A stretch of DNA of 64,000 nucleotides from Candidatus Spongiisociaceae bacterium (GTDB taxonomy: Bacteria > Actinomycetota > Acidimicrobiia > Spongiisociales > Spongiisociaceae): positions 1-64,000 of the forward strand of contig CBDCOH010000002.1 in NCBI GenBank assembly GCA_965219685.1, given 5' to 3'. The first letter of the stretch is position 1. Every line of letters starts with the position of its first letter. Of the stretch, positions 19,813 to 30,444 are shown piece by piece. Below the pieces are notes generated by a model. That model saw only the letters and a program-made list of their open reading frames with translations, searched no databases and was not told where the DNA came from. The position numbers and the translations under genes were made by a program.

Positions 19813-20841
19813 ATGTCAACACCGCAACTCTCGGTGGGCTTCCTGGGACCGGCAGGCACTTTCACGGAGGAAGCGCTTGTGTCCCAGGAGGACTTGGCCG
19901 GCATGCGCCGTCAGCCCTTCAACTCGATGTTCGAAGTGCTGGAGTCCGTGGAGACGGGCGAGGTGGACCTTTGTTTGGTCCCGATCGAGAACATGATTGA
20001 GGGGGTCGTTACCTCCAGCGTCGATGCCCTTGCGTTCGGTACCGGCCTGTTGATCCAGCGTGAGGTGACGATGGATGTCCGTCCGATGTTGATGGCGTTG
20101 CCGGGCGCGAAGCTCGATGAGGTCAAATACGTTCGCTCCTACCCCGTCGCATCTGCCCAGTGCGGAAGGTTTTTTCTCCGGCGCCTTCCCGGAGTAGTGA
20201 TCGTGGCGGCCAACTCGACCGCCGACGCGGCGCGTGACCTGGTCGCCTCGGGAAGCTTGGACACCGCGGTGATCGCGCCGCAGCGGGCCGCCCGAGTCTA
20301 CGGACTGGAAGTGCTGGCGGAGGACATCGGCGACAGGCGCGGCAACAAGACACGGTTCGCGCTGGTGGGCCGGGGCTCCATCCCCCCACCGACAGGTCGG
20401 GACAAGACCAGCCTGGTCGTGTACCAGCGCGCTGACGCCCCGGGGTCGTTGGTAGGCATACTCGGAGAATTCGTCGCCCGGTCCATCAACATCACGAGTC
20501 TGCAGAGCCGGCCAACCATGGAGAGTCTCGGACACTACTGCTTCCTCATTGATTGTGAGGGCCATGTGATGGACGAAACGTTGGGCGATGCCCTCCGCAG
20601 CCTGCAGATGAGAGCAGCCAGCGTCAAGTTCCTCGGTTCGTACCCGGCGGACTCGGTCGGTCAGGTAGACGATCCGGCCGCCCGGGCGTTACGAGAGAAT
20701 GTCGACGCTTCGTACGTTGACGAGGATGGATACTTGTTGCTGGCCGGCGTGCCGGACAAGACGACTCGTGACCAGGCTGATTCCTGGCTGGCCGACGTGC
20801 GCTCAAGAGTTGCCTTAGATCGGCAACTGCTGGGAACGTAA
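19813..20841 (+). CDS. pheA: Prephenate dehydratase
   Basis: FLGPAGTFTEEA, VPIEN..EG, NKTRF, ACT domain with SRPT and FLGSYP. Confidence 0.93.
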   Translation: MSTPQLSVGFLGPAGTFTEEALVSQEDLAGMRRQPFNSMFEVLESVETGEVDLCLVPIENMIEGVVTSSVDALAFGTGLLIQREVTMDVRPMLMALPGAKLDEVKYVRSYPVASAQCGRFFLRRLPGVVIVAANSTADAARDLVASGSLDTAVIAPQRAARVYGLEVLAEDIGDRRGNKTRFALVGRGSIPPPTGRDKTSLVVYQRADAPGSLVGILGEFVARSINITSLQSRPTMESLGHYCFLIDCEGHVMDETLGDALRSLQMRAASVKFLGSYPADSVGQVDDPAARALRENVDASYVDEDGYLLLAGVPDKTTRDQADSWLADVRSRVALDRQLLGT

Positions 20842-20900
20842 GGCGAAGCCGAATCCGGTCTCCTAACCTTGTCGGTTCTTCCATCCGAGTAACCAGATCA

Positions 20901-22097
20901 CTAGCCACGGACCAGCCGGCCGTGGGTGATCACGACAACCGGCTCCTTCAGCGTGTCGAGCGACGACATCGGGTTCTCCTCGACCAGGATCAGGTCGGCG
21001 ACCGCACCGGGATCGGGGGTCGAGCAGTCACCGAAGCCGTTGAGCGCTCGGCCCCCCACGGAGGCGGCGTGTAGCACCGCCCTGCGGTCCATCCCGGCTC
21101 GTTCCAGCATCTCGAGCTCGCGATGGAAACGCGGGCCGATGGGGTTCAGGTCGGCGCCCACCGCGACGGGTACCCCGGCTTCGATGCAGGCGTGCAGGGC
21201 GGCGGCGTGGACCGGCATCAACTCGCGAGAGCGGACTGCGGCGTGCTCCGGCCAGCCCTCGGCCTCGATGAACTCCTGGTCGTGGGTTACGCCGATGGTG
21301 GCGACGAGCCAGGTTCCGTTACGCGCCATCACCTCGGCCGCCTGTTCGTCGAGTTGGTAGCCGTGCTCGATCGAGCGGCCACCCCGCTCCGAGAAGGCGA
21401 TGGCTGGTGCCGTGCCGCCGCAGTGGGCGGCCACCGGGATCCCGCGCTGGTTGGCGACCTCCATGAGGGTTGCCAGTTCGGCCTCGGTGAACTGGCCCTC
21501 GTCGGCGGCTTCGTAGGGGCTGTACAGGCCGCCGGTGAGCATGATCTTGATCCATTGGGCGCCACGCTCCACCTGGCGGCGGACCGCCCGGGCCATGGCA
21601 TCGGGGCCGTCGACGATCAGTTCCGCCTTCATCTGCGTATAGACGCGGGGATGGGCGGTGCCGTGGCCCCCGGTGGTGCGAATGCCACGGCCCGCTCCTA
21701 CGACCCGGGGTCCGAGCGTGGTGCCGGCCGCATAGGCCCTTCCCCAGGCCAGGTCCAGGTCGTCCGCCTCGTCGACGCAGCGGACACCGGTGACCCCCAT
21801 CTCCGCGGCCTGGCGGAAGTTCTCGCCCGCCCGGATGGTCCGGTCGGGCGCCGCTTCGAAGTAGCCGGCGGCGTCCGGGTCGTACATGAGCCCGCCGGCG
21901 TGGGCATGGCAGTCCCACAGGCCGAACATGGCGGTCAGGCCTGATCCGTCGATGGCCGCGGCGCGGCGGCCGTCCTCCTTCCGGATCACGCCGTCCTCGA
22001 CAAGCAGGTCACGGACTACCGTCTCCCCGGTCGAGGTGTCCAGCCAGGACGCCCCGCGGATGCGGATGGGCGCGGTGGGAGGGTGCTGGCCGGCCAT
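20901..22097 (-). CDS. Metal-dependent amidohydrolase
   Basis: DCHAH, TGGHG, IKIMLTGG, AAH, SIEHG, GAD, ADLILV. Confidence 0.9.
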   Translation of the reverse strand: MAGQHPPTAPIRIRGASWLDTSTGETVVRDLLVEDGVIRKEDGRRAAAIDGSGLTAMFGLWDCHAHAGGLMYDPDAAGYFEAAPDRTIRAGENFRQAAEMGVTGVRCVDEADDLDLAWGRAYAAGTTLGPRVVGAGRGIRTTGGHGTAHPRVYTQMKAELIVDGPDAMARAVRRQVERGAQWIKIMLTGGLYSPYEAADEGQFTEAELATLMEVANQRGIPVAAHCGGTAPAIAFSERGGRSIEHGYQLDEQAAEVMARNGTWLVATIGVTHDQEFIEAEGWPEHAAVRSRELMPVHAAALHACIEAGVPVAVGADLNPIGPRFHRELEMLERAGMDRRAVLHAASVGGRALNGFGDCSTPDPGAVADLILVEENPMSSLDTLKEPVVVITHGRLVRG

Positions 22098-23729
22098 CTA
22101 GGTGGTCGTGTATCCGTCGATGAGGTCGTTCTCGGCCAGATCGGGACTCCGCCCGGCCGGATCCCCGTAGCCGCCACCGCCGCCGGTTGCGACATGGAGG
22201 CGTGCGCCGACCGGGGCGGGTATCTGGTTGGCCTTGAGGAGGGGAACCGTCTCACCGTCCACGGAAAGTGTCACGTTGGTAACCGCGCCGTCCTCACCAC
22301 CGAACAGCCCCCAAGCCGGCGTCCTGGTGCGTTCGAACCAGGTGGAGACGGTGATGTTGTCGGCCAGCACCTCGTAGTCCCTCAGTACCCCCAGACCGCC
22401 GCGCCACCGGCCGCGGCCACCCGAATCGGGCCACACCGAATACCTGTGGACCCGGATCGGGTAGCGGGACTCCAGCACCTCTACCGGGATGTTCTTGAGG
22501 TCGCCGCCGCCGTAGTTGATCAGCCCGTTGGTGCCGTCGCCTCCCTGGTAGGCGCCCCAGCCCACCGCGGTGGCCTCTCCCACCACGAAGTCCTCCCCGG
22601 TGCGCGGGTTGGGGCCGCTGAACAGCACGTTCATGGGGTCGGCGGCCTGCCCTGCCACCACCCGGTCGGGAACCGCAGGCGCCAACGCCCGGATGAACAG
22701 ATCGATCATCATCCCGAGGTGCGGGTAGTAGTACTGGCAGGCCGCAGGCTCGCGGGCGTCGAACACCGAGGCCTCCGGTGCGCTCAGCGTCAGGTTGCGG
22801 AAGGTCCCGGCCGTGACCGGAACGTCGGAGTTGACCAGCATCTTAAAAGCCAGATTCGCCGCGGCCACCGTCTGGGCGAGCCCGCAGTTCATGCATCCGG
22901 GGGTCATCGGCGCCGACCCGTCCAGATCGACCCTGACCTCCTCGCCTTCCACCGTCACCACAACCTTGACGTAGACCGGATCACCGCCGGGTCCCCAGCT
23001 GTCCATCTCGCCCTCGGTCTCGTACACCCCGTCGGGAATGGCGGCCACAGCTTCGCGGTCGAGCCGTTCGCACTGGTCGAAGATGACCTCGGAGGCAGCG
23101 CTCACCGTGTCCAGCCCGAAGCGGTCTATCAGCTCGGCAAGCCCGCGCTCGCCGGTCCGGCAGGCCGCGATCTGGGCGTGCATGTCACCCCAGATCGAGC
23201 GCGGCAGGCGGCTGTTGCGGACCAGGAAGTCGAGGATCCCCTGTTCCGGGCGGCCCTCCCGGTAGAGGTGGACGGGTGCGATCCGGTAACCCTCCTGGTA
23301 GATGGACGTGGAGTCCATGGCCTGACCGGGGTCCTTGGCGCCGATGTCCAACCAGTGGGCCTTGGTGGCGCCGAACCCGACCAGTTCCCCGCCGTGGAAG
23401 ATAGGCGATATCACGTTGACGTCGTTGAGGTGGCTGCCGACCATGTAGCTGTCGTTGACCGCGTAGACATCACCGGGTCGGCAGGTCTCCGCGCCGCCCA
23501 GATGCTCGAGGGTGACGTCGATCGCGGCTTCCAGGCTCCCGAGGAAGATGGGCAGCCCGGGCGCCTGGCCGAGCAGGTTGCCGCGCGCGTCGAACAGGCC
23601 GACCGAGCAGTCCTTCATCTCGTAGATGATGGGGGTGTAGGCGGAGCGGGCCAGGTTGTTGTTCATCTGGGAAGCGATCGAGATGAAGGCGTTGCGGATC
23701 ACCTCGACGGTTACCGGGTCTACGTGCAT
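22098..23729 (-). CDS. Hydantoinase B / 5-oxoprolinase family subunit
   Basis: DPVTVEVIRN, HLND, AHWLDIG, SGGRGRWRGG, GGGGGYGDP. Confidence 0.93.
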   Translation of the reverse strand: MHVDPVTVEVIRNAFISIASQMNNNLARSAYTPIIYEMKDCSVGLFDARGNLLGQAPGLPIFLGSLEAAIDVTLEHLGGAETCRPGDVYAVNDSYMVGSHLNDVNVISPIFHGGELVGFGATKAHWLDIGAKDPGQAMDSTSIYQEGYRIAPVHLYREGRPEQGILDFLVRNSRLPRSIWGDMHAQIAACRTGERGLAELIDRFGLDTVSAASEVIFDQCERLDREAVAAIPDGVYETEGEMDSWGPGGDPVYVKVVVTVEGEEVRVDLDGSAPMTPGCMNCGLAQTVAAANLAFKMLVNSDVPVTAGTFRNLTLSAPEASVFDAREPAACQYYYPHLGMMIDLFIRALAPAVPDRVVAGQAADPMNVLFSGPNPRTGEDFVVGEATAVGWGAYQGGDGTNGLINYGGGDLKNIPVEVLESRYPIRVHRYSVWPDSGGRGRWRGGLGVLRDYEVLADNITVSTWFERTRTPAWGLFGGEDGAVTNVTLSVDGETVPLLKANQIPAPVGARLHVATGGGGGYGDPAGRSPDLAENDLIDGYTTT

Positions 23730-23733
23730 GTTT

Positions 23734-24747
23734 CTAACTCCTATCGCCCGGCGAGGGCGGCTCGGGTAATCCTATGGAAACGGGCGCCTCGACAGCCTTC
23801 CAGCACCGGACCAACTGGCCGGCTCGGGTCTCCCGTAGCGGCTGGGGCTCGGCGCATTTCGACTCCGAGAAGGGACACCTCGGCATGAGGCGACATCCCG
23901 GTGAGGCGAGATGGTCGGTGCTGATCTCACCCGACAGGCGTACCGGCTCCCCGACGTGCCCCGGTTCCTCGAGCTGGGCGGCCTCCAGCAGGCCGCGGGT
24001 GTAGGGGTGGGCGGCGTCCCGGTAGACCTGGTCCCGGGTACCGATCTCGACGAACTGGCCGAGGTACATCACGGCCACCCGGTGAGCCATGGCGTAAACC
24101 ACCCGGAGGTCGTGGGCCACCAGCAGGTAGGCCAGCTGGTCGGTCTCCTGCAGGCCGGCGAGCAGGTTGACGATCTGGCCCCGGATGGACACATCCAGCG
24201 ATGAGGTCGGTTCATCCAGGAAGAGCAGCCGGGGCTCGACCAGCAGCGAGCGGGCCACGCTCAACCTCTGAAGCTGGCCCCCGCTGACCTCGGCCGGGCG
24301 CCGGTCGGCGATCTCGGCGGCCAGCCCGACGTTGCGGATGGCTACTTCGATCGCCTGGTCCTGCTCGGAGCGCGTGCGCTCCCCTCCGAACTCGGCGAAC
24401 TCGCGGAGGCTGGACCGGATCGTCGCTCTGGGGTCGAAGGCCGCCAGCGGATCCTGGAACACCATCTGCAGGTTTCTCCGCATGGGCCGGAACTGCTTCT
24501 CACGCATATCCAGGATGTCCTCGCCCAGCAGCGACACATGACCCTCGGTTGCGTCGGTCAGCTTGAGGATCACCCGGCCTACCGTTGACTTGCCCGAGCC
24601 CGATTCGCCGACGATGGCGAAGGTCTCAGACGGCCAGACCTCGAAGCTGACGCCGTCCACCGCTCGCACCACCCGCTGGCGGAGCTTGGCGTCGCGGGAC
24701 ACGTAGTCCTTGACCAGGTCACGAACTTCGAGGACCGGAGAGGTCAC
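23734..24747 (-). CDS. Oligopeptide-type ABC transporter ATP-binding protein (DppF-like)
   Basis: [33 protein letters not shown]. Confidence 0.93.
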   Translation of the reverse strand: MTSPVLEVRDLVKDYVSRDAKLRQRVVRAVDGVSFEVWPSETFAIVGESGSGKSTVGRVILKLTDATEGHVSLLGEDILDMREKQFRPMRRNLQMVFQDPLAAFDPRATIRSSLREFAEFGGERTRSEQDQAIEVAIRNVGLAAEIADRRPAEVSGGQLQRLSVARSLLVEPRLLFLDEPTSSLDVSIRGQIVNLLAGLQETDQLAYLLVAHDLRVVYAMAHRVAVMYLGQFVEIGTRDQVYRDAAHPYTRGLLEAAQLEEPGHVGEPVRLSGEISTDHLASPGCRLMPRCPFSESKCAEPQPLRETRAGQLVRCWKAVEAPVSIGLPEPPSPGDRS

Positions 24748-25730
24748 GCCTTCACGCACGCCACCTCCCGATCTTCGATGGCTCGGAGCTCCGGCACGCC
24801 GTCACGGCACTCGTCGCCGGCCTCCGGGCAGCGGTTGGCGAAGGGACACTCGGTCAGGGGACCCAGCAAGGTGGGAACCGTCCCCGGGATGGCATACATC
24901 CGGCCCTCGTCCACGGTGGCGAAGGCCCTCAGCAGTGCCGTGGTGTAGGGATTGGCGGGGGAGGAGGTCACCGAGGCGGTCGGTCCGCTTTCCATGACCC
25001 TTCCGGCGTACATCACCGCGGTGCGCTCGCAGGTCTGGCGGGCGATGGCGATGTCGTGGGTGATCAGCAGCAGGGAGGCGCCCCGGTCCGACACCTGCTC
25101 CACCACCAACTCCAGCACCTGTTGCTGGAGGGTGGCGTCGAGCCCGGTGGTGGGTTCGTCGGCGATGAGCAGATCGGGCCGGCAGGAGAGTGCCATGGCG
25201 AGAGCGGCCCGCTGCGCCATCCCTCCCGAGTACTGGTGGACGTAGTCGCCCGCCCGCCGGCGGGCGTCGGGAACTCCCATCTGATCGAGCAGATCGATGG
25301 CTCGGAGATGGCTCTCGCGGCGCCCGGCGTCGGAGTGGGTGCGGATGACCTCCGCGATCTGGCCTCCGACGGTCAGGACGGGGTTGAGGGACGCTCTGGG
25401 GTTCTGGAACATGATGGCGATCTGCCGGCCGCGCAGATCACGCATGCGCCGCTTCGAGGCGCCGATCAGGTCCTCTCCATCCAGCTGGATCGAGCCGCTC
25501 AGGATTTCCGCCCCCTCCGGCAGCATCCCGATAACTGCGGACGCGGTGAGGCTCTTGCCCGATCCGGACTCCCCGACCAGCGACATGCGGCTGGCGCGCG
25601 GCACCCGCAGGTTCACGCCCTGGAGCGGCATGGACGCGCCCTCGGTACCGGTGTGGAATCCGACCGTCAGGTTCTCGATATCGAGTAGGGGAGGGGCCTC
25701 GCTCACCGGAGAGGCGGGTCTGGCGGTCAT
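24744..25730 (-). CDS. Oligopeptide-type ABC transporter ATP-binding protein (DppD-like)
   Basis: [31 protein letters not shown]. Confidence 0.93.
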   Translation of the reverse strand: MTARPASPVSEAPPLLDIENLTVGFHTGTEGASMPLQGVNLRVPRASRMSLVGESGSGKSLTASAVIGMLPEGAEILSGSIQLDGEDLIGASKRRMRDLRGRQIAIMFQNPRASLNPVLTVGGQIAEVIRTHSDAGRRESHLRAIDLLDQMGVPDARRRAGDYVHQYSGGMAQRAALAMALSCRPDLLIADEPTTGLDATLQQQVLELVVEQVSDRGASLLLITHDIAIARQTCERTAVMYAGRVMESGPTASVTSSPANPYTTALLRAFATVDEGRMYAIPGTVPTLLGPLTECPFANRCPEAGDECRDGVPELRAIEDREVACVKA

Positions 25731-26593
25731 CGGTTACCTATCGACCCACGTTGGCCGTGCCTGATCTCGTCGGACAGGTAGTTGAGGGTGAGGACGGTGG
25801 CCAGGATCGCCAGCCCCGGGAAGAGAGAAATCCACCACTGCCCGTAATACATGTAGTCGATGCCATCCCGCACCATGGCGCCCCATTCGGCGGTCGGGAG
25901 CTTGACGCCGAGTCCGACGAAACTCAGGGCAGCCAGGATCTGGATTGCCCACGCCACATTCACCGAGAACTGGGCGAACACGATCTCCGAAACGTTGGGC
26001 AGGATGTGGCGCCGCAGGATGGTGGCCTGGCTCTTCCCCGCGCACCGCGCCGCCAGCACGAAGTCCGAGTCGACCAGGGGTTTCACTGCGCTCCGGGTAA
26101 GACGGAGATAGACGGGAACGTTCACCATGGCGATGACCATGATCAGGATGGGAATGCTGGGACCCAGGGCGGCCACGATGCCGAGGGCCAGCAACAGGGT
26201 GGGGAAGGCTTGGAATGACTCCGAGACTCGCAACAGCAGCGCGTCGAAGGCGCCTCCACGGTAGGCGCCCAGGGCGCCCAGGGGCATCCCGACGACGACG
26301 GCTACCGCAGCCGCGATCAGGCCCACCCAGAGGTCGAGGCGGGCGGCGTGGACCACCCGGGCGAAGATATCCCTGCCGAACTGGTCGGTCCCGAACCAGA
26401 ACTCGGCCGAGGGCCCGGTCAGGGTTCCGCCCAGGAAGTCCAGCGGATCCTTCACCAGGAAGGGCCCGACGAGCGCGACCAGCACGATGATCGCCATCGA
26501 CAGATAGGCCGGCGTCCGGAGCACCTGGCGAACCACCCTTCCCAACCGGCTGCGCGTGTTCACCCTTCGGTCAGGCAGCGCCCGGGAGGTCAT
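25727..26593 (-). CDS. Oligopeptide-type ABC transporter permease (DppC-like)
   Basis: FGTDQFGRDIFAR, HILPN, LSFVGLG...EWG; start MTSRALP overlaps the upstream stop. Confidence 0.92.
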   Translation of the reverse strand: MTSRALPDRRVNTRSRLGRVVRQVLRTPAYLSMAIIVLVALVGPFLVKDPLDFLGGTLTGPSAEFWFGTDQFGRDIFARVVHAARLDLWVGLIAAAVAVVVGMPLGALGAYRGGAFDALLLRVSESFQAFPTLLLALGIVAALGPSIPILIMVIAMVNVPVYLRLTRSAVKPLVDSDFVLAARCAGKSQATILRRHILPNVSEIVFAQFSVNVAWAIQILAALSFVGLGVKLPTAEWGAMVRDGIDYMYYGQWWISLFPGLAILATVLTLNYLSDEIRHGQRGSIGNR

Positions 26594-27597
26594 GTCCTGG
26601 TCCTCGGGTCGATCAGGAAGTGCAGGATGTCCATGATCAGGTACACGACCAGGTAGGAGAGAGCGCTCAGCAGTACGGCGGCGAGCACCGGGGCGAAGTC
26701 GGATTCGCTGATGGAGTCGATGGCGTACTTGCCGATGCCGGGTCGGGCGAACACGAACTCGACGAGCACCGTACCGCCCAGCAGGTAGCCGTACATGATC
26801 GCCCCCATCGTGGAAACCGGAAGCAGCACGTTGGGAAGCGCGTGGCGGAGCACGATGGATCGTTCCGGCACGCCCAGGGCCCGGGCGGACCGGATGTGAT
26901 GCGAGGCCATCGTCTCGCGCATGAACCCGCGAGTAACCCTCACCAGGGGCGCTCCCACCGTTATCGCCAGCGTCACCGCGGGCAGGATCATCTGCACCGC
27001 GGCAGCTTTGAACGCCTCCCAGTCCCCGGCCAGGATGGCGTCGACGGTATACAGGCCGGTCGTGTGGGGCGGCACGTCCCCGAGCGTCCGTCCGAGCGCG
27101 GGGGGCGCCCACTCCAGCGTTGCGAAGAACACCAGCAGGAGGATCATGCCGAGGAAGAACTCGGGTATCGAAACTCCGAAGCCCGACAATGCGTTGGCCA
27201 GGCGATCGGAGAAGGAACGCCTCCGCAACGCCGAAACGATCCCCAGGGGAATCGACCAGGCCAGTGCCAGGATCAGGGCCACGCTGCCGAGTTCGATGGT
27301 GGCCGGCCAGCGGGCTCCGATGTCCGTCGTGACCGGATTGCGGGTCCGCCAACTGTCGCCCAGGTCGCCGGACGCCAACTGCCGAATGTAGCGAAAGTAC
27401 TGCTCATGGATCGGGAGGTCGAGGCCGAGTCGCTCGGTGACGGCTGCCACCGTGGACTCGTCGGCCATGACCCCCACGATCATGTATGCGGGGTTACCGG
27501 GGAGGATCCTGGTCACCACGAAGGCGACCAGGGAGACGCCGAATAGCGCCACCAGCATGTATGCCAGCCGGCGGAGCACGTAGACGGCGAGGTGCAT
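26590..27597 (-). CDS. Oligopeptide-type ABC transporter permease (DppB-like)
   Basis: YVLRRL, PGNPA, GDLGDS, HALPN, VEFVFARPGIG, DPR. Confidence 0.92.
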   Translation of the reverse strand: MHLAVYVLRRLAYMLVALFGVSLVAFVVTRILPGNPAYMIVGVMADESTVAAVTERLGLDLPIHEQYFRYIRQLASGDLGDSWRTRNPVTTDIGARWPATIELGSVALILALAWSIPLGIVSALRRRSFSDRLANALSGFGVSIPEFFLGMILLLVFFATLEWAPPALGRTLGDVPPHTTGLYTVDAILAGDWEAFKAAAVQMILPAVTLAITVGAPLVRVTRGFMRETMASHHIRSARALGVPERSIVLRHALPNVLLPVSTMGAIMYGYLLGGTVLVEFVFARPGIGKYAIDSISESDFAPVLAAVLLSALSYLVVYLIMDILHFLIDPRTRT

Positions 27598-27700
27598 ACC
27601 CTCTCCTCGGTTGATTCCTCTTTGATCGTGGTCGGTCCGACCGACCACGAGACCCGCGATGACAAATGAACGCGCATAGCGTAAACACGCTCAAGCCTTC

Positions 27701-27734
27701 AGAGGGTGCGCGGATGGGACACCGCGCACCCTCT
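27701..27734. terminator. 13-bp perfect inverted repeat just downstream of the SBP gene (intra-operon stem-loop)
   Basis: AGAGGGTGCGCGG-N8-CCGCGCACCCTCT; a second 11-bp inverted repeat lies at 27626-27650. Confidence 0.6.
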
Positions 27735-27750
27735 TGGAGGTGATCCTCTA

Positions 27751-29481
27751 TCAGCCCGCCGGGTACAGGTCGGCGAAGCGGGGGATGGCGTTCGGGTACA
27801 GCACGAATCCGTCAACGTCCTCCCGCATGGCGAACTTGAAGTCCGGCTGCGCCAGGAAGACCCACGGAGCATCCTCGGAGATCAGCCGCTGGGCTTCCTC
27901 GAAGATGGCTCGACGGGCGGCAGGATCCTGCTCGGCCCAACCGTCCGTGATGATCTCGTCCACCCGGGCGTTGGAGTAGTCGGCGTAGTTGCCGAACACT
28001 CCGGACTCCAGGGTCAGGGACAGCTGGTAGTTCGGGTCGTCGATCCAGGCCAGCAGCTCATCCACGAACATCTGCAGCTGCTTGCCCACCTTGCGCTCCG
28101 CGAACACGGGGGACTGGAGGGTTTCGATCTCGATGTCCATGCCGATCTCGCGCAGCGCCGACTGGACGCGGACCGCGATCAACTGGTGCTCGGCCTTGGC
28201 GGAATCGATCGACAGGGTCACCGTGCTGCCGTCGTAGCTGCTGGAGCCGAGAAGCTCCTGCGCCTTGGCGATGTCCTGCGTGTATCCGACTTCGGCACCG
28301 AGCGAGACCGCCGAGCCGTTGGGGATGGCCCCGTGGAGGCGGCGGGCGTCGCCCTTGTAAACGTTCTCCAGGATGTCGTCATAGTCGACGCCGTAGGAGA
28401 CCGCTTGGCGGACCGCCACGTCGTCGAAGGGGGCGATCGAGTTGTTCATGCCGACATAGGCCATGTTCTTGGAAGGCGCCCGGACGACCTTTACGCCCTC
28501 GGACCCGTCCAGTGCGTTGAACTCCTCGGTCCCGAGGCCGACCGCCAGGTCGATCACTCCGGTCCTGAGCAACTGGACCCGCTCGGCGGGCGACGGGATG
28601 ATCTTCCACACGATCTTGTCATATGCGGGACGGCCGCCCCAGTAGTTGTCCCGGGCCTCGAACACGACTTCCTCGTCGGGGGTACGGCTCACCAGCCGGT
28701 ACGGCCCGCTGGGGTTGTCAGCGTTGCGCGCCATGTACTCGGTCGCCCACGGGTCGTCCTCGGTGGCGTTGGCCGCCACCACGTTGGGATCGACCGCCGC
28801 CGAGCTGGACATGTAGAAGGACTGCATCACCATCGGGCTGCGCCGATCCGACACCAGTTCCAGGGTGTACTCGTCGATCACCGTCGGGGGCTTGGTCACG
28901 AAGGCGATGTTGGTCAGCAACCATGCGCCGCCGCCGGGGGTGTTGAGGTTGCGATCGATCATGAACCGGACGGTCTCGGCGGTGATCGGAGTGCCGTCGT
29001 CGAACGTCATGCCTTCCCGCACCTTGATGGTGAAGGTCAGGCCGTCGTTATGCTCTTCCCACGACTCGAAGTAGCGGGGCAGCAGGTTGTCCGCGTCTCC
29101 GACCATGGCGCCGTTCTGCTCCACGATGGGGTGGATGACCGGAATGTCGTAGACCATCAGCAGAGCCTCGTGGGCCCTGATGAAGTTGGCGCAGCACGGG
29201 TCGAGCGTTTCGATGTCTCCCGGAACTCCGATGGTGAGGACCTTCTCCTCCATGACTTCCGCTGGAGCCTCTTCGGTGACCTCTTCGGCCTCCTCCATCT
29301 CCTCCATTTCTTCCATCTCTTCGGCGGCTGCCGCCGTGGTGGTCACCTCGGCCGGTGCGGCGGTGGTCTGCGGTGTGCTCTCCGCTTCTGGCTCGTCGGA
29401 GCCACAGGCGGCGACGACCATCGCCAGCACCGCGAGGACCGCCATCAGGCGGAACCGCGCTGTCAGTCTCGTTTTGATCAC
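27751..29481 (-). CDS. ABC transporter substrate-binding lipoprotein (family 5)
   Basis: Lipobox VAAC, acidic linker (EEMEEMEEMEE), LDP, F.DGTPITA, GPY, VRQAV. Confidence 0.92.
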   Translation of the reverse strand: MIKTRLTARFRLMAVLAVLAMVVAACGSDEPEAESTPQTTAAPAEVTTTAAAAEEMEEMEEMEEAEEVTEEAPAEVMEEKVLTIGVPGDIETLDPCCANFIRAHEALLMVYDIPVIHPIVEQNGAMVGDADNLLPRYFESWEEHNDGLTFTIKVREGMTFDDGTPITAETVRFMIDRNLNTPGGGAWLLTNIAFVTKPPTVIDEYTLELVSDRRSPMVMQSFYMSSSAAVDPNVVAANATEDDPWATEYMARNADNPSGPYRLVSRTPDEEVVFEARDNYWGGRPAYDKIVWKIIPSPAERVQLLRTGVIDLAVGLGTEEFNALDGSEGVKVVRAPSKNMAYVGMNNSIAPFDDVAVRQAVSYGVDYDDILENVYKGDARRLHGAIPNGSAVSLGAEVGYTQDIAKAQELLGSSSYDGSTVTLSIDSAKAEHQLIAVRVQSALREIGMDIEIETLQSPVFAERKVGKQLQMFVDELLAWIDDPNYQLSLTLESGVFGNYADYSNARVDEIITDGWAEQDPAARRAIFEEAQRLISEDAPWVFLAQPDFKFAMREDVDGFVLYPNAIPRFADLYPAG

Positions 29482-29592
29482 TTGCTTACCTCCTAGCTTG
29501 TCGTTGATCTTCGCTCGACCGGTTCCGTTCCTTTCGCAGCGCGAACGAACTGCGAATTGCCTTCACCGGTCGGCTGTCTTGGTGGCTGCTTG

Positions 29593-30336
29593 CTATCTGT
29601 TCCCTGTCCTGGCGAGCAACTCCGCGTAGAGGAGCGGGGTGACGAGCGGGTCGAGGACCCGGACCGGGAGCTTCTCCCGGATGTGGTCCAGCAGTCCCGA
29701 CCACAGCGTGCAGGCAAAGAACAGCACCGACGCGTCGTGGTCACGCCATGCCCTCTCCGAAGCCTCGAGCGCCGAACCTCGAGCGGAGGTCTCCATGTCC
29801 GCCCGGACCGCGGCCCGCAGGCCGTCGGGATCCTCCGACAGGAGCCGCGACACCTCGCCGGCGGGGGGATGACCGCTCGGCGCCGGGAACACCCCGGCGA
29901 ACATCGAGGATGCCTCGTAGCGGTGGATGAGGCGACGTACCCAGTTGGAGTCCTGGGGGAGGTTCTCGCCCTCCCCGCTCTCGATACGAGGACAGACCAC
30001 CGCCATGCGCCCCAGCCCGCGGCCGGTGGCGACGGCTGCCTCCATCGGCGCGGTCACCGGAATGTTCACCAGGTCCTTGGCGTCCTCCAGGCCGGGGTCG
30101 GCGGCGCAGGCGATCACCACGGCGTCGAAGCCGTCCTGCTCGGCTTCCTGCACGCGGGAGAGCATCTGGTTGAGGAAGAGGGAGGCGGCCGGGAGGAAGG
30201 CCGTTTCCGGAACACCGGTGCCGGCCAGGGAACATACCTCCACCTTGGTGTCGGGAGAAGCCGCTCCGCCGATGGCTCGCTCGACCATCGGGTTGTAGAC
30301 GTCGACACCCATCGGGTTGATGATCAGGATTCGCAT
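29593..30336 (-). CDS. Asp/Glu/hydantoin racemase family protein
   Basis: MRILIINP, VIACAADPG and FACT (two catalytic Cys), PVRVLDP. Confidence 0.85.
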   Translation of the reverse strand: MRILIINPMGVDVYNPMVERAIGGAASPDTKVEVCSLAGTGVPETAFLPAASLFLNQMLSRVQEAEQDGFDAVVIACAADPGLEDAKDLVNIPVTAPMEAAVATGRGLGRMAVVCPRIESGEGENLPQDSNWVRRLIHRYEASSMFAGVFPAPSGHPPAGEVSRLLSEDPDGLRAAVRADMETSARGSALEASERAWRDHDASVLFFACTLWSGLLDHIREKLPVRVLDPLVTPLLYAELLARTGNR

Positions 30337-30444
30337 GAGTGTGGGACCTCCATGAGTCGGTTGCTCGTGTACGGGTGCCCGATAGACCGCTCGATCGGCG
30401 CGGGGCGTGGCGTCATCGTAGATATCAGTGTCGGCATGGCATCG

